A stretch of DNA of 64,000 nt from Candidatus Omnitrophota bacterium (GCA_903819565.1 CAIJDY010000030.1:7128-71127), one strand, 5' to 3'. Positions 36,801 through 46,438 are shown, counted from the first letter of the stretch. Notes: generated from the letters alone by a model not told the origin. Numbers and translations are program-made.

Positions 36801-38261
36801 GATGGTGACTTTCTGGCCCGGGTCTCCACGGATATGTTCGCCCGCCGGGCCTTGATCCGCGAGGGGCACGAAGGCATCAGGAAGCTTGCCGAAAGAAGTG
36901 TAGAGCACGACGTTCTGTGACAAACGGTCCCACTCGGGTTCGCGTCCGAGCAGGCGCATGCTCTCTTCCCAATTCTGGCGGTTCAAAAGTTGCTTCTGGA
37001 TGGTGACGGTCAAGTGTTTTCCGGACCGGAGGTACAACGTGCGCAGGATGTCTTCGATCTCTTTCCCGAGTTCCACATAACCGACGAGCGTGCCCGCTTC
37101 GAAAACCGGCTGCACCACCCGCAAGGGGAAGGTCCCTAATGTGCCCAACTCGACGCCAGATGAGGCTTTGCCGGTCCGTTCCGCTTCGAGGGCCGTAAAA
37201 CGGTCGATCCGGTCGCCGTGGTTTTCCGGTCTGTGGACGCGCAAGAGACAGACGCGGTTCTTGTCTAAAAAATAAAAATGGGTGATGCCGCTATCCCGGC
37301 GCAAGGTTTCGAAGATAGGGCTCCAAACGGCAAGCAGGTTTTCAATGTTCCCTTCGCGCAGGGCCTTTTGCGCGCGCGGATCTGTGGCAATAGCTTGCGT
37401 CGCCACCTCCAGACCGGAGGATTGCTGGTGCAGGGCCACCTGGAGATCGTTGGAAACGTCGGCCATATCGGCCGCAAAACTGTCAGCCAAGCGTTGCCGC
37501 TGTTGTTGCCAAAGTAGAAATCCGGCGATCGCGGTAAAGACGATCACAAGGGTTGCCAGCGGAACCAACAGACGCCTCATCACGGGTTTTGGCGAAGCTT
37601 TGACACGGCGGTTGGAAATAAAGCCGGTGGCCAAGCCGATAAGAAGTACGAGCATGAACCCCACGGGTTGGGCCACCTTTGCGGCCACATTCCATTTCCA
37701 GACGCGGGCGTCAATATCCATGCCCAGAACGGCGATGAGGGTGTTGGTTTTCGGGTCGATCACCGGGTCCAGTGCTGAAACCCACATGCCCCAGCGATCC
37801 GTGACGGGGCCTTCGACGGTCGCGATCTTGGAGTCGAAAACACGGCGATAATTTTCCGAGACTTCCGTGTAGGGTTGCCCCGGCGGGGAATAGTCCTTTG
37901 AATGGACCGGTTCGCTGTCCACGAAGAAAAATACCGAACCGTCAGCTTTGCGTCCCATGAAATAGACGAACCGGCAGAGCGGGTTGGCCGAACGGACGGC
38001 GGTCAGTTGTTCCTTGAGTCGCAGGTAGTGGGGGTTGTCAAGGTCCGCCGCCGTCCCCGAGAGGGACCGGAGGTGATTGAAATCGACGGATCGTGCCACC
38101 AGGTGTGTTTCCAGAAGCAGGCTTTCGCGCATTTTGCGGTCGGTTTGCGTGACCGTCCACCAGGTAAAGAACGTTCCGGCGACGAAGATGGTCAGAAACA
38201 GCAGCGTTGGTAAGCGCGGGTATCTGATCCTGGAGAGAAGCGCCGTCTCCTTATCTTTCAT
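33894..38261 (-). CDS. Sensor histidine kinase with two extracytoplasmic Cache-like domains and about five PAS/PAC domains
   Basis: Repeated DITERK-type PAC ends, H-box AHNFNNIL, DTGRGM, FEPFFTTK, GTGLGL; no receiver domain. Confidence 0.95.
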   Translation of the reverse strand: MKDKETALLSRIRYPRLPTLLFLTIFVAGTFFTWWTVTQTDRKMRESLLLETHLVARSVDFNHLRSLSGTAADLDNPHYLRLKEQLTAVRSANPLCRFVYFMGRKADGSVFFFVDSEPVHSKDYSPPGQPYTEVSENYRRVFDSKIATVEGPVTDRWGMWVSALDPVIDPKTNTLIAVLGMDIDARVWKWNVAAKVAQPVGFMLVLLIGLATGFISNRRVKASPKPVMRRLLVPLATLVIVFTAIAGFLLWQQQRQRLADSFAADMADVSNDLQVALHQQSSGLEVATQAIATDPRAQKALREGNIENLLAVWSPIFETLRRDSGITHFYFLDKNRVCLLRVHRPENHGDRIDRFTALEAERTGKASSGVELGTLGTFPLRVVQPVFEAGTLVGYVELGKEIEDILRTLYLRSGKHLTVTIQKQLLNRQNWEESMRLLGREPEWDRLSQNVVLYTSFGKLPDAFVPLADQGPAGEHIRGDPGQKVTIDGNEWRVSALPLADASGKEVGHLIVTRDLSTDKENFSRPLILGGMSALVLMTLILGFIYILLRHTDTSIQAQQSDLRKSEARFRSYFDLALTGIAITSPTKGWIQVNDQVCSLLGYSREELVDMTWAEMTYPDDLAEDVAQFNRLLSGEIKQYDLEKRFVRKNGAVIWVDLAVGCVRDPQGNVEYVVALLNDISQRKKAEDLLRDSKERFDQIAALSSEMIWETDAAGLYTYLSQSCKKVIGYEAQELVGKKYFYDLHPEEGREVFRKITLAVFERKGSFRNLPNQVQAKDGRILLMITNGVPLLDSQNNLTGYRGSDRDMTEIRQADVALRSKTALLEAQTNASLDGILVVDEKQQRVLTNQRMLEIFNVPQHIAEDPDDAALLKYVVSLTRDPDSFLERVRDLYNHPGETSRDEIEFKNGMVLDRYSAPVWGKDGKYYGRIWTFRDITERKRAEEALRESQVFLQETQRIARLSGWKANPLTDYLEWTEGVFEIIEYPKGNQLGLTEGLKFYLPEYVPKIKDSIARCLATGERFAIECRGITGTGRMIWTEVRGIAPVVEGERSYVLGTFQDITERKQAEEKLALEQLFSSALLENMNAGVIACNEKSELILFNRTAREWHELSAESSLSQENWAGHYNLYEEDGITPLDVRTIPLLRAFRGEKVHDAGMVIAPKGGPQRHVIAEASPIKAEDGRILGAVAVMHDITEQLKAIQEKEMLIKQLMQAQKMESIGTMANGIAHNFNNILASIRGCTEMALGDIAPGSRTHKDLLRAIEGVDSAKQLIGQMLSFSRAQERDINEIEIYPVVANTLKLFRASVKGDIQLRENLAPHCGLVRADPNEIQHALLNILSNSYQALDPAKEEIITFSLSWILADEQTAKKYALFEGGDYVKMTLEDTGRGMDPKTLDRIFEPFFTTKEIGEGTGLGLFMTHNVVARYNGKIAVESEVGKGTVVSIFLPRVAAHA

Positions 38262-38333
38262 CGGAAAGGAAACCCCATGAAGCCTCCGTCGAGCATACGT
38301 TGAGGGCGTTCAAAGCGCAAGACGCTACGCGCC

Positions 38334-38362
38334 AATATAGTTCGCGGTCAGGCACAAGTCAA
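38334..38362 (-). promoter_or_regulatory. sigma70 promoter of the histidine kinase/receiver cluster
   Basis: TTGACT, 17-nt spacer, TATATT on the minus strand. Confidence 0.65.
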
Positions 38363-38509
38363 GGTTACCCGGAGCTGTGTAGTGTTCGCACGAGATCGGG
38401 AGGATCTGGAAATCTAGGTTCTGTTGACATTCCCTTCTCCCACAAGGGAGGAGGTTGGCTTTGGGAGAAAAAAGGCGAAAAGGAAAAACACAAGAAAGTC
38501 TGGATGTTT

Positions 38510-40480
38510 TTACTCGTACCTCAGCGCGGAGATCGGATCCAGGGCCGCGGCTTGTTTGGCGGGCCAAAGGCCGAAAATAATACCGACTGATGCCGAACAA
38601 AAAAAGGCCAGGAGTAAAGAGTCCAGCGTGATAATCATTTTCCATTGTGCGATCAGGGCGATCAGCCAGGAGATTACCGCGGCGAGCAAGATGCCCGCGA
38701 GTCCGCCCAGAAAAGTGACCAGGACCGCCTCAACAAGGAATTGCATCAGGATATCGCGCGGCGTCGCGCCGATGGCTTTGCGCAGGCCGATCTCACGGGT
38801 CCTTTCCTTGACCGAGACCAGCATGATGTTCATGATCCCGATGCCGCCGACCACCAGCGAGATCGCGGCCACGCAGCCGAGCAGGACGGAAAAGGTTTTT
38901 GTCGTGCTCGAGAGGGCCTGCTGGATGTCCGCGTAATTCCGGATATTGAAACTGTCGTAACGGTCCGGGGTCAGGTGGTGCCTGCGAATGATCATGGAGT
39001 TGATCGCCTCTTCGGCCAGGGGCATTTTCCCAAGGTCCGTGATTTCGGCATCGATCTGGTCGAGGTAGTCTTTCCCCATGAGCCGCCGCATGGCCGTCAT
39101 GAGCGGGATTACGACCACGTCGTCCTGGTCATGGAAGGCATTGGCGCCAAGGGAAGGAAGGATCCCGAGGACCTGGAAGCTGACGCGATTGATCTTGATC
39201 GCTTGTCCGATGGGATCTTCACCGCCGAAAAGTTCGCGTTGGACCGTTTGTCCGATCAGGACCAGCCGTTGCCGCGTCTGGTTCTCGCCCGCGGTAAAAA
39301 AGCGGCCGGCCGTGGGTTCCTGATTCCTCACGCTCGCGTATTCGGGAGTCACTCCGATCACCTGCGTGCTCCAGTTCTTATTCCCGTAGACCAGCTGTCC
39401 CTGCCCCGTGACTTGGGGGGCGACTTTCTTCACATACGAGATCTCTCCGATCGCCTTCACGTCCTCAAAATCCAGACGTGTTGCGGCTCCGGCCTCGGTG
39501 CTTACCCCGTGGACCTTGACCGAACCCGGGCGGACCGAAAGCAGGTTGGAGCCCAGGCGCGACAATTGCTCGGTGATCGATTCCCGCGCGCCCCGGCCGA
39601 GCGCGAGCATGGTGATTACGCACGCGACCCCGATCAGCACGCCCAGCATCGAAAGGAAGGACCTTAATTTATTGCTGAGGATCATGCGGCAGGCTTGCTT
39701 GAAATGGTCCCGGAATTCTTCGAGGCTGTATTTTTTCTCTTTGGAGAGCTCCCGGGAGGGGAGTCCCGGAGGGAGCGGCCCGGACCGCCCGGAGGACCCG
39801 GTTTTTTTTTCATCGCTGACGATTTTGCCGTCATGCATGCGAATGACCCTTTCGGCGGTATTTCCGACATTTTCGTCATGGGTCACCAGCACGATGGTCA
39901 TGCCCCGGGCGTGAAGCGATTGAAAGATCGCCATGATCTCTTTTCCCGATTGAGAATCAAGATTTCCCGTGGGTTCGTCGGCAAGGATCATCAGTGGATC
40001 GTTCACCAGCGCCCGGGCGATCGCGACCCGCTGCTGCTGGCCGCCGGAAAGTTCGTTCGGTCGGTGCTGCACCCGCGCGGCCAGGCCCACCTGCTCCAGC
40101 ATTTTTCGTGACCGCGGGATATCTTCTTGGCCTCGTGTGCCGGAATAGATCAGCGGCAGGCAGACATTTTCCAGCGCCGTGGAACGCGTCATAAGATTAA
40201 ATTGCTGGAACACAAAACCGATCACGCGGTTCCGGAGGAAGGCGTATTCCTCTTCCTGCAGTCGGGTCGTATCCTTCTCGAGTAGACGGATCGTGCCGCT
40301 GTCCGGCGTATCGAGAAAACCGAGAAGGTGCATTAACGTGGATTTTCCAGATCCTGACGGCCCCATGATCGCGACGAACTCCCCGGCATCGATATTCACG
40401 GAAACGCCCTGTAGTGCGCGGATATCCACTTCGCCAATGCGGTAGGTCTTCGATATGTTCTCGACTTCGACTAATTTCAT
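38510..40480 (-). CDS. macB: MacB-type ABC transporter (ATPase-permease fusion)
   Basis: [45 protein letters not shown]. Confidence 0.96.
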   Translation of the reverse strand: MKLVEVENISKTYRIGEVDIRALQGVSVNIDAGEFVAIMGPSGSGKSTLMHLLGFLDTPDSGTIRLLEKDTTRLQEEEYAFLRNRVIGFVFQQFNLMTRSTALENVCLPLIYSGTRGQEDIPRSRKMLEQVGLAARVQHRPNELSGGQQQRVAIARALVNDPLMILADEPTGNLDSQSGKEIMAIFQSLHARGMTIVLVTHDENVGNTAERVIRMHDGKIVSDEKKTGSSGRSGPLPPGLPSRELSKEKKYSLEEFRDHFKQACRMILSNKLRSFLSMLGVLIGVACVITMLALGRGARESITEQLSRLGSNLLSVRPGSVKVHGVSTEAGAATRLDFEDVKAIGEISYVKKVAPQVTGQGQLVYGNKNWSTQVIGVTPEYASVRNQEPTAGRFFTAGENQTRQRLVLIGQTVQRELFGGEDPIGQAIKINRVSFQVLGILPSLGANAFHDQDDVVVIPLMTAMRRLMGKDYLDQIDAEITDLGKMPLAEEAINSMIIRRHHLTPDRYDSFNIRNYADIQQALSSTTKTFSVLLGCVAAISLVVGGIGIMNIMLVSVKERTREIGLRKAIGATPRDILMQFLVEAVLVTFLGGLAGILLAAVISWLIALIAQWKMIITLDSLLLAFFCSASVGIIFGLWPAKQAAALDPISALRYE

Positions 40481-40522
40481 CAGAACCTCTAGAACGGGTT
40501 ACGATCCGGTCTTGCGACGGTC

Positions 40523-41521
40523 CTAACGCCCCTGTTTGTCACTCTTTTTGGGCGCGCCGCCCATCGCGAACGGGCTGACGGACATCTCTTTTTGTTTCTT
40601 CTGGACGATCTGGATCTCCTGGCCGTCGCTCAGGCCTTCCGTGATCTCGGTCACCCGGCCGTCCGAATCTCCGATGCGGACCGGAAGCGGGACCAGTTTC
40701 CCGCCGAACGTTTTTTCGTAAGCAGCGAACTCCGCGTTCTTGGGTTTGGGGACTTTCCGCGGCCATTCCACGATCGCTTCGGAGGGCGCCAGGAGAACCT
40801 CTTTTCTTTCTTTCACGATAAAAGTCACGTTCGCGGTCATCCCGCTGCGGAACGCCGGTGGGATCTTTTCGGGAAGGATATCCACCGCGTAGACGTTCAC
40901 GTTATTCGTGAGCTTGCTTTCGTACATGATGTGGTCGACTTTTCCCCAAAAGGTTTCCTTGGGATAGGCATCCAGCTGGATGCCGGCTTTTTGGCCGAGC
41001 GCGATCAAGGCAAGGTCGGTCTCATCGACCAGGGCCTCTACGATCAACCGGTCGGAAAGGACTACCACAGGATCTGCCGTGGTCACGGTCTGTCCCGGTT
41101 CCACCGCGCGGACGATGATTGTTCCATCCAGTGGAGCAAGGAGCGGCGCCATTTTGTAGGCCTCTTCCCACCGTTTCATTGTTTCGGCCCCCCGCGCTCT
41201 CGCGGCATCCAGCAGTGCGGCCCTTTCGGTGGAGCTCATCTGGGCAAGGATCTGCCCCTTTTTCACTTCATCCCCTTCCTGGACCAAGACTTCCTCCACG
41301 CGGCCCGGGATCGGCGGTTTGATCTCTACGCGGTTGTACGGCTTCACCGTTCCCGTAGCGGTCACTTTGACCTCCAGGTCGCCTCTGTAAACTTTTGCGG
41401 AACGGAGCGCTTGTAGGGGATCTTTTCCGGGCGCGCAGGAAGAGAATATTTTGATCAGGATAAAGACGAGGATCAGGAAGACGCCGAGCTTCCATCGTTT
41501 TAATAGATTATTTAATCGCAT
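40523..41521 (-). CDS. macA: MacA-type periplasmic adaptor
   Basis: GRVEEVLVQEGD, APLDGTI, VDETD, GMTANV; operon context. Confidence 0.9.
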   Translation of the reverse strand: MRLNNLLKRWKLGVFLILVFILIKIFSSCAPGKDPLQALRSAKVYRGDLEVKVTATGTVKPYNRVEIKPPIPGRVEEVLVQEGDEVKKGQILAQMSSTERAALLDAARARGAETMKRWEEAYKMAPLLAPLDGTIIVRAVEPGQTVTTADPVVVLSDRLIVEALVDETDLALIALGQKAGIQLDAYPKETFWGKVDHIMYESKLTNNVNVYAVDILPEKIPPAFRSGMTANVTFIVKERKEVLLAPSEAIVEWPRKVPKPKNAEFAAYEKTFGGKLVPLPVRIGDSDGRVTEITEGLSDGQEIQIVQKKQKEMSVSPFAMGGAPKKSDKQGR

Positions 41522-42854
41522 TCAGGTCATCCTCCAAAGTTTTGCCCCGGACCAGTTCCCAATTCGCCTGGGCATTCAGCACATCGGCAAGCCCTTGCAC
41601 GTAATCATTCTCCGAATTATTCTGCTCCTGCTCCGCCGTATCAAAATCCTGGAAACTCATCAATCCGGAAGCGTATTCCGCGCGGACGATTTCCGCTCGT
41701 TTCTGTGAGGCCTCCAGGAATTTCCTGAGAACCTCGATGCTTTCGACCGCATCCACGTATTTGGTCCAGGTGTCCGCGAGTTGGGCGACTGCTTCGTCGC
41801 GGGCGCTCACGGTGGCCGCGTGTGCCGCATCGTAATCCGCTTTGGCTTTGCGGATCGCGTTCACGTTCTTTCCACCGTTAAAAAACGGAACGGCAATGTT
41901 CAGTCCCCAGGAGTGTTCGCTTTTTAAATTAGACGCCCGTTCCCCGGAAACGCCATAATCCATGGTTCCAGTCGCTTGAGGCCAGACGACCGATTGCACC
42001 GCGACCACATTGGCTTTGGCGGATTCCGCGATCTTTAAAAGCCGCTGTACCTGGGGAGTGTTTTCGGCGATCTCTGCGTAGTCCGGCTCTTTCATCATCG
42101 CCGCGGGGATCGTCTGTTCGAGAGAATCCTGGATCGATACCGGGAGCACGAAGTCGCCGCCGCACTCGCGTCCGAGACGTATCGTTTGGCTTTCGATGTG
42201 ACGTTCCGCCGTTCGGACATCGAAGGCAGCACGGTCCGCCAGGGCTTCGGCCCGCAAAGCGGAGCCCAGGTTTTCGCGCCCGGCTTCATAACGGAGCCGG
42301 ACCATTTCCGCGTTATGTTTTCGGCGTTCCAGGATCCCCTGGTTCACCTTCAAAAGGCGGTTCCAGCGGAGAACGTCGACATAGGCAAGCTTCAATCCGT
42401 TGCGAACATTCGCGCTGGTGACGACGTACTGGAACTTTGCAGCATCCAGGTCTTTCCGGGCTTTGAGGAAGCTTCCGGTTGTTCCGAACCCGTTGAACAG
42501 CGATTGATTGCCGACAATGTCCAATGAAAGACTGTCCTGCAACGTGTTCCCGCCCCCGCCGCCGCTAAAGCCACCGCCGAATGAGGCGTTGCGGGAAGCG
42601 CTGCGCTGAAGGTCGCCCTCGAAAGAAGGCAGGTAATTCCCGAAAGCGATATCACGGCTTCTCGCGGTAGAAGTCACGACATACCGGGCGCTTTGAAGAT
42701 CAGGATTGAACTGGAGCGTCTGGCGGACCAGGGAGTCCCAAGACAGGACCCGGGGTTCGGCGTTGCGTTCGATCCTCGCCTCCGGCAAACGGACTGTGAG
42801 GCATCCTGACAAAAGGAAACCTGTCAATATCGTTGCGAATATTTTCTTAAGCAT
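41508..42854 (-). CDS. TolC-family outer membrane factor (lipoprotein)
   Basis: Lipobox LSGC, NPDL, YEAG and YASG repeats; upstream of macAB. Confidence 0.88.
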   Translation of the reverse strand: MLKKIFATILTGFLLSGCLTVRLPEARIERNAEPRVLSWDSLVRQTLQFNPDLQSARYVVTSTARSRDIAFGNYLPSFEGDLQRSASRNASFGGGFSGGGGGNTLQDSLSLDIVGNQSLFNGFGTTGSFLKARKDLDAAKFQYVVTSANVRNGLKLAYVDVLRWNRLLKVNQGILERRKHNAEMVRLRYEAGRENLGSALRAEALADRAAFDVRTAERHIESQTIRLGRECGGDFVLPVSIQDSLEQTIPAAMMKEPDYAEIAENTPQVQRLLKIAESAKANVVAVQSVVWPQATGTMDYGVSGERASNLKSEHSWGLNIAVPFFNGGKNVNAIRKAKADYDAAHAATVSARDEAVAQLADTWTKYVDAVESIEVLRKFLEASQKRAEIVRAEYASGLMSFQDFDTAEQEQNNSENDYVQGLADVLNAQANWELVRGKTLEDDLNAIK

Positions 42855-42860
42855 CGGAGT

Positions 42861-42866
42861 ATTCTA
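42861..42866 (-). promoter_or_regulatory. -10 box of a probable leaderless tolC-macAB transcript
   Basis: TAGAAT, 6 nt, then ATG (42854); no Shine-Dalgarno sequence. Confidence 0.5.
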
Positions 42867-42998
42867 CGCCCAATTCCTTGGACGTGCCTTCTTAAAATCG
42901 GCTCGGTACGTTGGCGGACGCCGTCCGCTGACGAAAGCTGTAAAACGAGTAAGAGCAAAAGGTTAGACAGCTCAACGACGGAAAAGTTCCGGATATCA

Positions 42999-43031
42999 CC
43001 CTCAATTCAACCCCCGGGGTTGGATTGAGGG
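42999..43031. repeat. Near-perfect palindrome just after the pyrimidine-dimer glycosylase stop codon
   Basis: ccctcaattcaacccc-c-ggggttggattgaggg; no U-tract. Confidence 0.6.
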
Positions 43032-43032
43032 G

Positions 43033-43464
43033 CTATCGTTGCCGCTCCCAAGGCTCTACCGGGCCGGCTTTTACGGAAAATAAAGGATGGGATTCAATCC
43101 TTGCCTTCGAACGTAGTTCCTTTTGTCGTGCCGGATCCCTTTTTTTTAGTTTCTGGACGAGCCAGGCGGCCTCGTATTTGATTTGTCCGCGTGTCACGGC
43201 GATCTTCATCCGAGAGCGTTTTCCCAGGATCTTCTTCCCGTCAAAGTGGTAGCCTCTTCGGACGGCTTCTTCATGGACGCCGTATAAGTAAGAAGCGATG
43301 GCGCGCGCTGGATTCGTGGAGTTTTTGAAACGCTCAAGTTGAGGATGATGCCTGTAGCCCTTTGTCTTGCCGCGCAGGATTTTTTGGGCGAGAAGAGCTT
43401 CCCTCCAAAGCGCGACGATCCCTTTGGCGTCCAGATATCGGGGGTGGAGGCTCCAGAGGCGCAT
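43033..43464 (-). CDS. Pyrimidine dimer DNA glycosylase / T4 endonuclease V-like
   Basis: MRLWSLHPRYLD.KG.VALWRE.LLAQ, GYRHHPQLERF. Confidence 0.9.
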   Translation of the reverse strand: MRLWSLHPRYLDAKGIVALWREALLAQKILRGKTKGYRHHPQLERFKNSTNPARAIASYLYGVHEEAVRRGYHFDGKKILGKRSRMKIAVTRGQIKYEAAWLVQKLKKRDPARQKELRSKARIESHPLFSVKAGPVEPWERQR

Positions 43465-43470
43465 GGGGTG

Positions 43471-45108
43471 TTACCGGTGATCCATTTTTGATTCGAGTCG
43501 TTGAAGATTTTCGCGGGGCAGTGGGTAAGAAGGCTCGAGTTTTATCGCCGTGCGGTATTCCTGTTCCGCTTCCTTCCACTGGCGGTTTCCTTCCAGCGCC
43601 GCGCCGAGACTGTTGTGCGCGTCCGCGAGCCGGGCGGCGGGTGCGACATCGAGGTTCTTCCGGAACATTGCCGCGGCTTCGGGAAAATGCTTCTTGTTCA
43701 GGTAATGAAGCCCCAGCAAATGGTACCCGGCTGAAGGCGTTCCTCCGTAAATATTGATAAAAGCCCTGTCAGAAGAGATCGCCAGCAGGACCACGATCAC
43801 GATGACAGCTGCGATCTTTTTGGTCCTGGAAACGTTTTTATTAAAAAAGGCAACGACTCCGGACGCGGCATAAATGGCCCAAAGCGGGTACAAAGGGACC
43901 TTGTACCGCTCATGGACCAGGACGACCAGGATGGACGCCGCGTAAGACAACACAACCAGCGCCGGGAGCAGCTGTTTTTTCTCCAAGGAAAAACAAAGGA
44001 CCGTGCCGCCTAGGGCCAGAGGGAGTAGCCAGAAAAAATTCAGCGGGAAAAGGCAGAGCGTGGGGAGGAAAGGGGAAAGAAAAGAAATGGAGAAAATATC
44101 CGGCATTTCGAACCCGCTGACCAGAAGGCGGAATTTTGTAAGGAGTAGTTCCAGGAATTTTTTGGGATGTTTTTGGACGTAATCCAGGGTCTCCCGGTAC
44201 CAGAAAGAAGAGAGCTCCGGATCGGTGAACCGTTTTCCCGTTTTCCACTCCGCGGCGGAGCGGAAAGCCTGGGGGAGGTCCTTGTCACTCGGGGGCACCC
44301 AAGGGAAACGAAGGGAGCGCCCGTCCGCGTAAGGCCCGTTCCCGACAAAAAAAGAAATGCCCGTGTTGTGTCCGGTCAGGAAAAAACTTTTTCCGGAGCC
44401 GTGATTGACAAGGTTGAAAGAGGCCAGAACGAAGGCCGCGCCGCACAAAAACGAGAGCAGGACTTTGGTCCGTTGGCGGGGGAATGCAACGATGAGCCAG
44501 AGGACCAGCGCCGGGAAAACAGCCCCATAGTTGGCCCTTGTGCCGAGCCCCAGGCCGGCAAGGCTTCCCGCGAAAAAAAGTTCAAGGAGGGAAGTCCGCC
44601 CGCAGGACTTTAGGAGGAGAAACACCAGGAAAACGCAAAGGAAGGCGGAAAACGTTTCAGTCAGCGGGAACATTTCATAAAAAACAGCCGGCCTGAACAA
44701 AAGAGCGGTCGCGAAAGCCGTGGCCGCGGCCTTGACGCTTCCGGTCAGGTCTTTCGCGAGCTGGTAGGTCAGGACACAGGTCAAAGCCCCCATCAGGATC
44801 TGGGCGATCCGTATGACCCGCAGATCATGGCCGAAGAGGCGGTAGAGGCCGCCGAGAAAATGAGCGTAAAAAGGCAGGCCGGGGAAGTTCTCACTTTCTG
44901 CGCCGCCGTTCGCCAGCAAGCCGCCCCACCGGTCATAACCCGCGGCATCGAGCGGCAGGTAATCTACCAGGACGGAATGCTGCATTTGCCAGAGGCAAAG
45001 AACGCGAGGGAGCAGGGCAATGAAAAATAAAAAAAAGAACGGGAGATAGCGATCCTGAGAACGGGCGCCTGGCAAGTCCGTTTTTATTCTATCGAAAAAT
45101 ACGAACAC
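43471..45108 (-). CDS. GT-C (family 39/PMT-like) glycosyltransferase with C-terminal TPR repeats
   Basis: Acidic loop after TM1 (LDAAGYD), PFYAHFLG, LTETF, FVGNGPYADG, ERYKVP; TPR AHNSLGAAL...AIKLEP. Confidence 0.85.
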   Translation of the reverse strand: MFVFFDRIKTDLPGARSQDRYLPFFFLFFIALLPRVLCLWQMQHSVLVDYLPLDAAGYDRWGGLLANGGAESENFPGLPFYAHFLGGLYRLFGHDLRVIRIAQILMGALTCVLTYQLAKDLTGSVKAAATAFATALLFRPAVFYEMFPLTETFSAFLCVFLVFLLLKSCGRTSLLELFFAGSLAGLGLGTRANYGAVFPALVLWLIVAFPRQRTKVLLSFLCGAAFVLASFNLVNHGSGKSFFLTGHNTGISFFVGNGPYADGRSLRFPWVPPSDKDLPQAFRSAAEWKTGKRFTDPELSSFWYRETLDYVQKHPKKFLELLLTKFRLLVSGFEMPDIFSISFLSPFLPTLCLFPLNFFWLLPLALGGTVLCFSLEKKQLLPALVVLSYAASILVVLVHERYKVPLYPLWAIYAASGVVAFFNKNVSRTKKIAAVIVIVVLLAISSDRAFINIYGGTPSAGYHLLGLHYLNKKHFPEAAAMFRKNLDVAPAARLADAHNSLGAALEGNRQWKEAEQEYRTAIKLEPSYPLPRENLQRLESKMDHR

Positions 45109-45148
45109 GCAACAGCCTCCTGCGGATCTGTCGGGGCGCGATCTTTGT

Positions 45149-45625
45149 TTATTTCATGCACTCCGTCATCAATTCCACATACTGCTGTTCAAGGATCTCG
45201 TTGAACATGTTCGGGTGGACCGAACCGTCTTTTTTCAGGAGTTCCGCAATGCGGGAAGATGAGCGGTTGAACCAGAGGTCGAAAAGATCCTTCAAATTGA
45301 CCTTTTTCGTCAACTCCTCTTTCAGTTCCTGCTCCGCCTCGATCCAGTCGTCAAAGGCCGTGCGTAAGGACCCGATCTTCTCTTCGCGGATCGCCTGCGC
45401 CCGAGCCTTAATTTTGGCGACTTCCTCATCCGTATACTGGTCGGACCTTTTGTTCTGGATCCCGATGGTCGTGCGGAGTTCCTGTTCCGCCTGGAGCCAG
45501 TCATCGAGCGCGGTGTTGAACGACAGGCATTTTCTTTTCCAGATCTCGCGCGCACGCTTCCGTATTTTTTCAAGGTCCGCTTTAGAGTATTTTTTATCAG
45601 TATTGGATTTTTTTGTCATAGTCAT
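45149..45625 (-). CDS. Protein with two tandem DUF2934-like repeats
   Basis: IRKRAREIW...ALDDWLQAEQEL and IKARAQAI...AFDDWIEAEQEL. Confidence 0.75.
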   Translation of the reverse strand: MTMTKKSNTDKKYSKADLEKIRKRAREIWKRKCLSFNTALDDWLQAEQELRTTIGIQNKRSDQYTDEEVAKIKARAQAIREEKIGSLRTAFDDWIEAEQELKEELTKKVNLKDLFDLWFNRSSSRIAELLKKDGSVHPNMFNEILEQQYVELMTECMK

Positions 45626-45827
45626 CCTTCTCGCCAGGTTACTGGACGAATTGCACCATCGAAGCGGTCATTCCTTTAACGGCCGCCTGCCTTCAGTCTA
45701 GCATGCTGAACCCCGGACCTTAAGCCCTAAATCCCCGGAAAAATGACGGCGATTCCCGAGACGGAGCAAATGTGCGGGATGAATTTCCGCTTTTCTGTGA
45801 GTTTTCAATTTTTAGGTCTGAAAAGCT

Positions 45828-45862
45828 AAAAAAAGAGCCGCTTTTTTTGGGCGGCTCTTTTT
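45828..45862 (-). terminator. Intrinsic terminator downstream of the small secreted protein gene
   Basis: A-tract-gagccgc...gcggctc-T-tract. Confidence 0.8.
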
Positions 45863-45947
45863 GCAGAAGCACGGTTTTCAAAAACTCAGTGAAGCTGTCA
45901 AGTCCCGCATTTCCGAAGTACGGAAATTAGCAGGTCTTGGGACTGTC

Positions 45948-46145
45948 TTAGGCCACCTTCTTGGCTTCGACCACGTGGCCTCCTAAGGCTTTGCAGGCAT
46001 CGACGGTCTGGACCCATTTCGTTTTACCCTTGACGCTACATTCCACCGGCTTGGGAGCTGTCGGGGTCGGCTGGTTGATCAGTGAGGCATAAGCGGCAGT
46101 TCCCGCAATCGATAACATGACCGCAACCAAAAGTATTTTTTTCAT
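45948..46145 (-). CDS. Small secreted protein (65 aa, two Cys)
   Basis: GGAGG RBS, signal peptide ending AYA, own terminator. Confidence 0.8.
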   Translation of the reverse strand: MKKILLVAVMLSIAGTAAYASLINQPTPTAPKPVECSVKGKTKWVQTVDACKALGGHVVEAKKVA

Positions 46146-46329
46146 GGTATTTTCCCTCCGTTAAACTGTTTTTGATTTATGTTCAGAGCATAAACTCAAT
46201 GTTTCAAAGCTTCAGCCACGAAACTTAATCCTGACAGAAGTATAACGCCCCGAGATTACGGAGGGATGAATTCAAAATTACATTTTCTTCATCTCTGTCC
46301 GTTTTTGAGGAAAAGAGATCCCCCGGCAA

Positions 46330-46425
46330 TTAGAACCGGATCGTATGTCCGAGCCAAAAGACCAACGGTATAGCTATGACATGAACAACCCACCACCCGG
46401 GTTTCAAGAAGCGGAATTGTTCCAT
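46330..46425 (-). CDS. 31-aa single-TM small protein MEQFRFLKPGWWVVHVIAIPLVFWLGHTIRF (not in the ORF track)
   Basis: AAGGAGG RBS; starts 13 nt after the upstream stop; resembles the C-terminus of 46439..46936. Confidence 0.75.
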   Translation of the reverse strand: MEQFRFLKPGWWVVHVIAIPLVFWLGHTIRF

Positions 46426-46438
46426 GGCGCCCTCCTTT

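Noticed and set aside
34932-39667. Long antisense ORFs (34932..35915, 35937..36683, 38645..39667) and similar shadow ORFs elsewhere
   Set aside because: They lie opposite well-supported genes, have no recognisable motifs, and are expected in GC-rich coding DNA
42928-42985. Hammerhead ribozyme (CTGACGA...GAAA)
   Set aside because: GAAA does not directly follow stem II, and stems I and III cannot be formed
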